From Candidatus Obscuribacterales bacterium (GTDB lineage: Bacteria > Cyanobacteriota > Vampirovibrionia > Obscuribacterales > Obscuribacteraceae): DNA of 64,000 nt. Of this stretch, positions 19,859 through 27,885 are shown in pieces; positions within the stretch are counted from its first letter, which is position 1, and each line of letters begins with the position of its first letter. The stretch covers positions 2,464,001 through 2,528,000 of the forward strand of contig CBDDIJ010000003.1 of assembly GCA_965228855.1 (NCBI GenBank), given 5' to 3'. Below the pieces are notes generated by a model that was not told where the DNA came from, made no database searches, and saw only the letters and a program-made list of their open reading frames with translations. The position numbers were made by a program, and so were the translations under genes.

Positions 19859-21259
19859 ATGCCCAAGTTGAAGTCAAAACAGTATACGAGTATGTCGAAC
19901 GCCTCTATGCTGGTCTGTTTGGCTCTTCAGCTGTTTCAACCAGCACTGGCTCAATATTCTTTACCTCAAGATCAGATGTCAATTCCGCCCGTTCAAGACG
20001 GAGGTCTCCCGATCACGAATCCGTCTCAGAATGGATTGGTACCGGGTGCAGTTCCACAATCGCAGAACGGTGCCGCGCCGGGTGCGGTTCCTCAAACCCA
20101 GGACGGCGCCCCTCCAATTACTCTTCCGCCTCTCGATCCTGCTCCGGTTCCGATTCCCGATGCCGATTCGCAGCCCCAGGGAGCACAGATACCTAGCAAC
20201 GGCGCGCCCAACGTTCCCCTCTATGTCGGGCCGGACCTGACAGAGCGACTCATGTTGCGCAAAGGCATGCAGATTGTTTTTCCGATCAAGAATGGTTTAG
20301 ACACGAGATGGCAACTGATTGGAAACTACAACTTCGTTGCCGATATCGAATATAACGACCAACGCGGCTATAGATTCGACTGGAGAATGACTTCGCCTGC
20401 CAACGTACAGGGTCTACGTGCGGTCGAGCCGGAAGACATAAAAGATGCTTACAAGGTAAGCCTGTTCTATCCCGCGAATGAATCGCAGTCGCTGATTGGC
20501 TTTACGAGCATTGTCCGTGTTTCAGATTTTCTGTACCACAAACTTAAATCCGGACAGGTAGCTCAATTCGCTACCGATGGACCGGACAGTCCCGTAGTGA
20601 TGAAACGCGAGACACGCTCGGTCGCGCATGAAATTAGAGCAGAAGGAATCGATAAAGTCACTGTCGAGATCGACGGAGTGCACGTCCCCGTGCGAGCAAT
20701 CAAGGCGCGCACAGATGCCGGTTGGACATACTGGATATTGGACAATCCTCGCTTCCCGATTATGCTTGCTGGTACCGGTCCTTTCCAATGGGCGGATCTA
20801 AAATTTAGCAACACAGGAATTCTTCCAAAGGCAAACAAGAAATCACCTGGTGGCGCCGGCGGTGACCTCAACAAAGCTAAGCGCGAAGCTGACAATGTGA
20901 TCAAGCAGCTTAAATCCAAGGGACAAGCGACCTCTTATCTGATTTTGTTCGACTTTGATTCGGACAAATTGCGACCCCTGTCTCAGCAGATTCTGAATGA
21001 GTTATCCAAATATCTGCTGGAAAATCCTACTCTCAGATTGACAGTTGAAGGTCATACTTGCACGATAGGCGGCAAGGATTACAACTTAAAACTGTCTACG
21101 CGAAGAGCTAACAGTGTGAAGGATTACCTTGAACATTGCGGAGTGGCCGAGCATAAGCTAAAACCAATCGGTTACGGTTTCTCCAAACCGATTGCGACCA
21201 ACAAGACCGGTGCTGGTCGCGCGAAAAACAGACGCGTGGTGTTTACCGAAATCAAATAA
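19859..21259 (+). CDS. Exported protein with C-terminal OmpA-like peptidoglycan-binding domain
   Basis: Signal-like N-terminus, Pro/Gln linker, ILFDFDSD, EGHTC..G...YN.KLS.RRA.SV, GYG..KP......GRAKNRRV. Confidence 0.88.
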   Translation: MPKLKSKQYTSMSNASMLVCLALQLFQPALAQYSLPQDQMSIPPVQDGGLPITNPSQNGLVPGAVPQSQNGAAPGAVPQTQDGAPPITLPPLDPAPVPIPDADSQPQGAQIPSNGAPNVPLYVGPDLTERLMLRKGMQIVFPIKNGLDTRWQLIGNYNFVADIEYNDQRGYRFDWRMTSPANVQGLRAVEPEDIKDAYKVSLFYPANESQSLIGFTSIVRVSDFLYHKLKSGQVAQFATDGPDSPVVMKRETRSVAHEIRAEGIDKVTVEIDGVHVPVRAIKARTDAGWTYWILDNPRFPIMLAGTGPFQWADLKFSNTGILPKANKKSPGGAGGDLNKAKREADNVIKQLKSKGQATSYLILFDFDSDKLRPLSQQILNELSKYLLENPTLRLTVEGHTCTIGGKDYNLKLSTRRANSVKDYLEHCGVAEHKLKPIGYGFSKPIATNKTGAGRAKNRRVVFTEIK

Positions 21260-21456
21260 GCGGGTTCCTTGATCGCTGGAAAACGCCATCGCTGAAGTGA
21301 CATCGTCGAAACGGTCACCGTTTTTATTCACTTGCTTTCATGAATTCAGGGATGCGGAATTAATCTTTCGCATTCGTAGTTTCACCACTGACTTTACTTC
21401 TAAACAGATATCTAATAGAAGCCTGCAAAGCATTCCCGCTCAACCGTTTCTATCGA

Positions 21457-23325
21457 ATGTCACATACCAGCGACCTGCTCAACAGTAAGAAGGGCGAAAC
21501 CGCCATTCCCGCCGAAACCTTCGGTGCTAGTCTGACGGGCACGCACGAGGAGCGACAGGCGCTCTCACAATCTGTGATGTCGGAGATGAAACTCAACTCT
21601 CAGAAGGCCAGGAATGAAGAAACCCTGGTTACAAAAGTCGGTCGTGAATTAGATGTGATTGTCGGTGGTACAGTGTCAGGCACACTGGATCACGGCAAGA
21701 GCGCTCTGACCGATCCGGAAACGCTTGTGAAACTGGGAACCTCGGCGGTAATCGCTACTGGTCTGACTCTGGCTCAGGGCAAGAGAGGAGTACTGAAACT
21801 CTCGGCGCAGGTCGCCGGTCTGGCTATGGCCGGAGCATACGCGACCGATGTTTACGGTAAGGGCGAAGAGACCTGGGGCGTCATGAAGGACACATGGAAC
21901 ACTCCTGAAAACGCCACAAAAAATCGAGAACACATAAAGAATACGCTGGGGCCCTTCGTAGTGGATTTCGGCATTTATGGCGCGGGTGGTGCCCTCGGTA
22001 TCGGCGCTGGAAAGTATGGAGCCAACAAACTTTTCGGAGAGAACAAACTCGGCATCAGTCTCGCAGAGACAACGCCCGGCGTTCGACGCATGAATGCAAC
22101 AGTTGAACCAGGGACACTTACAGGCGAGAAAGTCGTTCCTCCTTTTAAACTCCAAAAAGAAAACGGTAACGCCACTGGTTCACGCTCCGCAGCCGAAGTA
22201 GCCAAACCCCAGCTAGTAGAAATTCCCGTAGTAGAGGGTCATACTCCCACAACCAAACCGTTTCCGGCAGACGCCCCTCTCGCCAAGCTCTACCAGAATG
22301 CGAAACAGGAAGTTGGAAAGATAGAAGTAATTTCTGTTGCCGGCAACGATATTTCGGCCCGCACCGCCAACGCCACCAGTCTTGGTGAAGGCAAACTTGT
22401 GACAAACTTCCACGTGGTTGAAAACGCTACCGATATCTATATCATGGATGCCGCCGGCAAATCGCACAAGGCTCACACAGTGGCGTACGATCAAACGGCG
22501 GATCTGGCAATCGTTCAACTATCCAGCAAAGAATCGTGGGGCGCTTTCAAAGCCGCAAATGTGAAGAATACTTCGAAGGTAAGCTCAGATGAGGGTGTGG
22601 TTGTTGCGGTTGGCCACTATGAAGGTTCGAACTCTCTTCATGCCTCGCCTGGTATCATTCCGCCCGAGTGGAGACAATCAGCGTTAGACTTCCGATTCAT
22701 GGGCTGCATTCGAGAGGGTAATTGTGGCGGTCCAGTCTACAACATGAAAGGAGAAGTACTCGGCATCGTGAAAGCCGGTCTGGACGGCACAAACGGAACA
22801 TCTGCCTATGCTTCTCCAACATGGCACTTCGACAGAATTCTAAAGAGTGGAACCAAGGTTGAAGCACCGCCTGTGGTGCCCTTCAAACAGCCTGCAACCA
22901 GGGAATTCAATGTTGAAAACATTCAGGCCGCAAAAGATAACATCGGCAGAATGTTCGGCAGCGCGCTCGAAGGTCCTCTACCAGCAGATTTCTTCCACTC
23001 GACTATCAAGCGGGTGCCAATTCACGTGGAAGGGAGTGCGCCGAAAGATTTGATCTTAAAAACTCAAATTACTCCAGCAACGAAGGAAGTTGTGATTGAG
23101 CCAATTGCATTTGGTGGCAAATCGCTCACAGCCGACACGCACTGGCCTGGAACCGAAATCCCGATGCTATCATCGCGCCTCAACTTACAATTCGACTCCA
23201 GACTTGCCGGCGCCCGCATGCGATCGGTAAACGATCCGCTCGGAGTTCTAAATCTCGGCTTTGCATTCCGCTCTGAAACGAGTTACCTGGCAGGACTAAA
23301 GCCAGTCTCTAAACCGGGTGGATGA
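21457..23325 (+). CDS. Trypsin-like (S1) peptidase-domain protein with Cys at the nucleophile position; hydrophobic Gly/Ala-rich N-terminal region
   Basis: LVTNFHVV (His), DLAIVQL (Asp), GNCGGPVYNMKGEVLGI (normally GNSGGP). Confidence 0.8.
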   Translation: MSHTSDLLNSKKGETAIPAETFGASLTGTHEERQALSQSVMSEMKLNSQKARNEETLVTKVGRELDVIVGGTVSGTLDHGKSALTDPETLVKLGTSAVIATGLTLAQGKRGVLKLSAQVAGLAMAGAYATDVYGKGEETWGVMKDTWNTPENATKNREHIKNTLGPFVVDFGIYGAGGALGIGAGKYGANKLFGENKLGISLAETTPGVRRMNATVEPGTLTGEKVVPPFKLQKENGNATGSRSAAEVAKPQLVEIPVVEGHTPTTKPFPADAPLAKLYQNAKQEVGKIEVISVAGNDISARTANATSLGEGKLVTNFHVVENATDIYIMDAAGKSHKAHTVAYDQTADLAIVQLSSKESWGAFKAANVKNTSKVSSDEGVVVAVGHYEGSNSLHASPGIIPPEWRQSALDFRFMGCIREGNCGGPVYNMKGEVLGIVKAGLDGTNGTSAYASPTWHFDRILKSGTKVEAPPVVPFKQPATREFNVENIQAAKDNIGRMFGSALEGPLPADFFHSTIKRVPIHVEGSAPKDLILKTQITPATKEVVIEPIAFGGKSLTADTHWPGTEIPMLSSRLNLQFDSRLAGARMRSVNDPLGVLNLGFAFRSETSYLAGLKPVSKPGG

Positions 23326-23452
23326 TGAAGTAGTGCTTGAGATTCGGTAGTTGAGACTCCTGATCTACGTCCTGAACTGCTTCTGTAAGTGCAGTGCAGT
23401 TGGGCACGTGGAAGAGACTACGAAGAGTGGGATCGGCAGAATGAGCGAACTT

Positions 23453-23929
23453 CTAAGCGCCCGAAAGCGGCGGAGGTCCTATCTCTCCTGGGGCTCCACC
23501 AACACCCTTAGTCATGCAGCACCATGCGTGCAATTCCTTCAAAGTCATTTTGCTATGAACGAGAAATTGCTCCAACACGAGCATGTCGGTACGCGAAATT
23601 TTCGTTTCACCGTCCTCTTCGTCTTGGGACAGATTGATGATCGTATCGAAATACTTCACGACGAGCCGCAACACTTCGTACTCTTCGCGACTGAAGGCTG
23701 ATGGATTCATCAGAGCGACCATTATTTCTTCGCGGCTGATACCATCACCATTCGGATCGAGTCTTTGAAAGTTCCTCTCGAGCAACTGCATGATGGTCTG
23801 TCCATCAAGCTGAGTATCATCTTCTTCAGCCAGCGGTGCCGCGAGTTCCTCCTGCTTGGTGCCGGTGAGGAGCCAGCGAATGTCCGCAAGTGCTTGTTGT
23901 GCTGCTTCTTCTCGTTTGTTTGATGACAT
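23453..23929 (-). CDS. EF-hand-like protein
   Basis: FQRLDPNGDGISREEI and a second degenerate loop DEEDGETKISRTD. Confidence 0.65.
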   Translation of the reverse strand: MSSNKREEAAQQALADIRWLLTGTKQEELAAPLAEEDDTQLDGQTIMQLLERNFQRLDPNGDGISREEIMVALMNPSAFSREEYEVLRLVVKYFDTIINLSQDEEDGETKISRTDMLVLEQFLVHSKMTLKELHAWCCMTKGVGGAPGEIGPPPLSGA

Positions 23930-24017
23930 ATCGAGCGCCGCAAATCTCCGCTAATCAGGATAATAACAGTCGCTTGTTACCAACTCAAGATCACCATATA
24001 TTTATGCCCAGATAACT

Positions 24018-24848
24018 CTACAGCCACACAGGCAGGCATCGCTGAAACTCAGAATTGATTAAATCTTCGTAGGTCATGCAGATAAAAAGCTCACGTTTTT
24101 CTCCGGGTAGCAGGCGCTGTAAGCCTCCTAGACGCCAAAGCACTACCATCTGTTCAGCCGCATCTACCAGGTGTTTGTAATGAGAATCAGCCCTTCTTGC
24201 CAGGTCGTACGAAATTCCGTTTGCGTGGAAAGCGGCAACTATCAGCGCCTCCCGAGCCTTCATGGATTCAACACCCAAAACCTGCTGGCAGTCGGCCATT
24301 CGCAGGTCAATTTTGTCTTTCCAACCTTGCAGCCAGGCTTCAACAGCGTCGCGCTCATCTGGCTCTATGTTAGCTGCCGCCGAATGTAAGAGCTCAGGAG
24401 GCACATACTCAAGTCGCTCGGGTTTTAGTTCATACGCCGAGTGCGGGTCAGCAAGCGCCTCCACAATCTCAGCCTCTAAATCTTCAGTTCTAAAAACCAG
24501 GCGATACCAACCCTGATCTTTCGCTTTGAAAGAGCGATAATCCCGACTTATAAACAACATCAACACACCGTGACGCGGGCAATTCTTCAATCCGCCCATG
24601 ATTCCGCCCATTTGCTCAAAATTGATTTGAGCCCAAAACTGCATCGCGTTTCGGTTCTTATCCAGCGGCCAATCGCCAGGATCACTGATCAGTGGCGCTC
24701 CACCGCACCGGCTGTCGGTGGCTGTGGTGGTGTCGGATTCGATTGCGTACTCCAGAGCCATTGTAGTGACTTCATTGAGCGCGAATGCCTCGAGGAGACG
24801 GTTGCGAGTGGTTTCGCTGAATTGGTTTAACTCATCCCTGTTTATCAT
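24018..24848 (-). CDS. DUF1963 (YwqG-like) domain protein
   Basis: SRCGGAP......WP......MQFWAQINF......P..GVL.LF and terminal L.NSEF pattern. Confidence 0.7.
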   Translation of the reverse strand: MINRDELNQFSETTRNRLLEAFALNEVTTMALEYAIESDTTTATDSRCGGAPLISDPGDWPLDKNRNAMQFWAQINFEQMGGIMGGLKNCPRHGVLMLFISRDYRSFKAKDQGWYRLVFRTEDLEAEIVEALADPHSAYELKPERLEYVPPELLHSAAANIEPDERDAVEAWLQGWKDKIDLRMADCQQVLGVESMKAREALIVAAFHANGISYDLARRADSHYKHLVDAAEQMVVLWRLGGLQRLLPGEKRELFICMTYEDLINSEFQRCLPVWL

Positions 24849-24919
24849 GTTGATATGGTAGCGCAAGCGTCGATCGACTACACTAAATTCAACATATTTT
24901 CGATTGCAAAACCAGGAGC

Positions 24920-25504
24920 TTGATTATGTATTCCGGGCGATTGGCATTAAGACTGGCACTGGGGCTATTGCTCGTTTCAGGAATCAATTGGGCAACTCGC
25001 TCAGAGGCGCAAGCTGCCGACGATAGGGTGAAACCGAAGGTCGAAATTCTAACCGTAACCAGCAAATCCATCAAAGAAGGGCAATCGGTTCCGAAGATTC
25101 ACACAGCTGACGGCAAGGACACTTCACCGGATTTATCCTGGACAAAGGCGCCCGCAACAGCACAGAGCGTCGCAGTCACATGCGAAGACCCGGATGCCCC
25201 GGGCGGTACCTGGTTTCACTGGATAGTGTTTAACTTGCCGGCGGCAACAAGCAACTTACCGGAAAACTTGCCAAAGAAGGAAACGCTTACAAACGGGGGC
25301 TCGCAGGGCAAGAACGATTTTGGAAAGCTTGGCTACAACGGTCCCTCACCGCCAAAGGGCGAGGAGCACCACTATAACTTCAAAGTTTTCGCGCTTGATA
25401 GAAAACTGGAACTCCCGCAAGCGGCAAACAAAAAGCAGTTCTACGAAGCGCTATCGGGTCACGTTGTAGGGCGCGGGAAGCTCACCGGGCTATACAAACG
25501 CTAG
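24920..25504 (+). CDS. YbhB/YbcL-family (PEBP/RKIP-like) exported protein
   Basis: SPDLSW, EDPDAP..TWFHW, NDFG..GY.GPSPP...HHY.F.VFALD. Confidence 0.92.
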   Translation: MIMYSGRLALRLALGLLLVSGINWATRSEAQAADDRVKPKVEILTVTSKSIKEGQSVPKIHTADGKDTSPDLSWTKAPATAQSVAVTCEDPDAPGGTWFHWIVFNLPAATSNLPENLPKKETLTNGGSQGKNDFGKLGYNGPSPPKGEEHHYNFKVFALDRKLELPQAANKKQFYEALSGHVVGRGKLTGLYKR

Positions 25505-25608
25505 CTACCCCATTAATAAAATGTTGCGGACAACGCCAGAGTTGGAAAACGGCGCTATACAAAGAATAGGACCGAGTAGAAATCGGTTTCGATCGGAGGG
25601 ATCACCAA

Positions 25609-26511
25609 GTGTGGACAATTGCTAAACGAGTAGGATTATTTTTGCTGCTCAACTTCCTTGTAGTCATGTCGATGTCAATCGTCATGCGCATCTTCGGAAT
25701 TGGTTATTACATCGAAGAGTACGGATTAAACTACACCAGCCTGGCGGTGTTTGCACTCGGCTACGGTATGGTCGGCTCGCTGATATCACTGGCGATGTCG
25801 AAGCAAATGGCTAAGTGGAGCTACAGAGTTCAAGTCATTGACCCGAACACATCCGATTATCAGCTTCGCGCGCTAGTCCAAATCGTTCATTCATTGAGTA
25901 AGCGAGTCGGCATTCAAAAGATGCCCGAGGTTGGAATCTATCAGTCAGATGACATCAATGCTTTCGCTACCGGAATGACGAAGAACAGCTCTCTGGTGGC
26001 TGTATCGACTGGCTTGCTGAATCACATGGATTCGGACGAAGTCGAGGCTGTTCTCGGTCACGAAATCAGTCACGTGGCCAACGGAGACATGGTGACAATG
26101 GCTCTGCTGCAGGGTGTAGTCAACGCGTTTTGTATTTTTCTCGCTCGTGCAATCGCATATGCCATCACGATGGGACGAGGAAATGACAATAACAACGGAA
26201 GTTCTTGGGCATACTGGTTGGTGAGCATGCTGCTTCAGACCGTATTCATGATATTCGGCTCGATACTGGTTGCCGCATTCTCTCGATATCGTGAGTATCG
26301 AGCAGATCACGGCGCGGCGAAATTAGCCGGCACAGAAAAAATGGTTCATGCACTCGAGAAGTTGCGCGCTCAGTTCGACAGGATTCAGCCTGTTACTGGT
26401 AATGCCAGTGCTTTGATGATTACGAACAAGCCTACCAACCTGATAGAGAACCTGTTTTCCACACACCCTCCACTAGAAAAACGAATCGAAAGATTGCGCT
26501 CGTCAAAATAG
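25609..26511 (+). CDS. htpX: Zinc metalloprotease HtpX (M48)
   Basis: NAFATG, HEISHVANGDMVTM, FSRYREYRAD, FSTHPPLE.RI; GGAGG RBS. Confidence 0.96.
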   Translation: MWTIAKRVGLFLLLNFLVVMSMSIVMRIFGIGYYIEEYGLNYTSLAVFALGYGMVGSLISLAMSKQMAKWSYRVQVIDPNTSDYQLRALVQIVHSLSKRVGIQKMPEVGIYQSDDINAFATGMTKNSSLVAVSTGLLNHMDSDEVEAVLGHEISHVANGDMVTMALLQGVVNAFCIFLARAIAYAITMGRGNDNNNGSSWAYWLVSMLLQTVFMIFGSILVAAFSRYREYRADHGAAKLAGTEKMVHALEKLRAQFDRIQPVTGNASALMITNKPTNLIENLFSTHPPLEKRIERLRSSK

Positions 26512-26535
26512 AGCCACCACGGGTAATGCGCGAAA

Positions 26536-26631
26536 TTGAACCGAGCGATAAAGCAGGTCGTGCCCGGCGCGACGCCGCAGAAGTTGGAAACAATGCACGG
26601 TAGATACCACTACCGAAGCCGAGCCGAGAAT
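26536..26631 (+). mobile_element. Short decayed IS5 (IS903-group)-like transposase fragment
   Basis: With frameshifts it reads LNRAIKQV...RRRRSWKQCT/RYHYRSRAEN, resembling the RNxxI...GRxxWKxxxGYHxRSxxE motif. Confidence 0.45.
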
Positions 26632-26664
26632 GGGGGCTGTGCAAACAGTCCCCATCTCTTTTCT
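26626..26664 (+). terminator. Intrinsic terminator downstream of htpX
   Basis: ATGGGGGCTGT-gcaa-ACAGTCCCCAT followed by CTCTTTTCT. Confidence 0.75.
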
Positions 26665-26728
26665 GTGCTATCATCGAGCGACGTGAACCGACCGGGTCCA
26701 CGATTGAGAACTCGCGGAATCAGCTTCC

Positions 26729-27286
26729 ATGGCGGAAAAGCCTAAACATATTGCTCCAGCTATCATAGGCGCGCTTATCGCAGGCGTTATTGCAATGCCT
26801 ATCTCCAACTATTTCTTGAAGCGCCAACCAATCAAAGTAACAGGCGGAGTGCCAGAGTTCAAAGCGGTTTCACAAATATTGCAGAACAAATGCGCTGATT
26901 GCCACAGCCCCGGCATGCTTGTGGAGCCGATCTACGGAAATTTTCCTTTCGCCAAACAGCTGATTGCTGAAGACGTTGTAGCCGCACAGAAAGAAATCGT
27001 ATTCAGCCGGGAAAATTTGAGTGGTGAAAAGCCGTTTACCAGACAGCAGGCTGCTAAAATTCTCAACGTCGTGGAAAATAATGAGATGCCAATCGCTCCA
27101 TACAGATTGCTGCACTGGAACGCGATCTTGACGGAAGAGGATACGAATTCTGTAATACACTGGCTTGAAGCCCAGTTTCAGACCGGCGAAAAATCCCGGC
27201 AGCCGCAACAATCGGCAGACCAGATGCCGGGCGGAATTCAGGGATTCGATCCAAACAACACGCCAGGTCACAATCATTCTCACTAA
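26729..27286 (+). CDS. Membrane-anchored monoheme c-type cytochrome (Haem_bd-like domain)
   Basis: N-terminal TM, CADCHS, distal EMP...Y..LHW.A.L. Confidence 0.85.
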   Translation: MAEKPKHIAPAIIGALIAGVIAMPISNYFLKRQPIKVTGGVPEFKAVSQILQNKCADCHSPGMLVEPIYGNFPFAKQLIAEDVVAAQKEIVFSRENLSGEKPFTRQQAAKILNVVENNEMPIAPYRLLHWNAILTEEDTNSVIHWLEAQFQTGEKSRQPQQSADQMPGGIQGFDPNNTPGHNHSH

Positions 27287-27289
27287 CCG

Positions 27290-27853
27290 ATGGGGGGTCC
27301 GATGCTCAAAAACTTTGACCGAGTGATACCACTCTTCTGCGCACTGCTCGTGCTCTCAGAAAGTGCTCTGGCTGCAGAGAACTGGGCGGATAAATCAACA
27401 TCGGTTTCGATCAAGGAATATTTCGAGTTGGTACTAGCTTCCAAGTTTCGGAATTTAAATCCGACGGAACCGGCAGAGGTTCACTTCGTGGCGGACTCAT
27501 CTCCAGAGAAGGCACTTTTGATTGTCGTCCGCTCAGTCGTGACACCAGACTTGGACCTGACAGATGATTCAAGCGAGAAGAAAGAGATAGTTTCGGAATT
27601 TAGAAACAATGTTTCGAAGCAATCGGATTCGTTTATCGCCTCATGCAAAAAACTATTCGGAGACCAATCGGTTGCAACTCGCTGGCCGAACGCCACAGTA
27701 GAGAAGAATGTAGCAATTCGGTTCGTCCGTTCTGATAATGCGAAGCAAACAGTTGCATTAATGGTCAACGGAAAAACGATATTCGAGCCGTCTCAAATAG
27801 CAGCTGAGTCGAAAGAGCTGATGAATCGGGCAGGCGATTACTGGTCGCAGTAG
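27290..27853 (+). CDS. Hypothetical exported protein
   Basis: Signal peptide ending SALA; 3 nt after the previous stop. Confidence 0.7.
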   Translation: MGGPMLKNFDRVIPLFCALLVLSESALAAENWADKSTSVSIKEYFELVLASKFRNLNPTEPAEVHFVADSSPEKALLIVVRSVVTPDLDLTDDSSEKKEIVSEFRNNVSKQSDSFIASCKKLFGDQSVATRWPNATVEKNVAIRFVRSDNAKQTVALMVNGKTIFEPSQIAAESKELMNRAGDYWSQ

Positions 27854-27885
27854 AATAATACAGACATTTATTCAGGGAAGGCGCT

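Noticed and set aside
26585..26700. c-di-GMP-II riboswitch suggested by GGAAACAATG and AACCGACC
   Set aside because: The central conserved elements are absent and a terminator lies between the two pieces.
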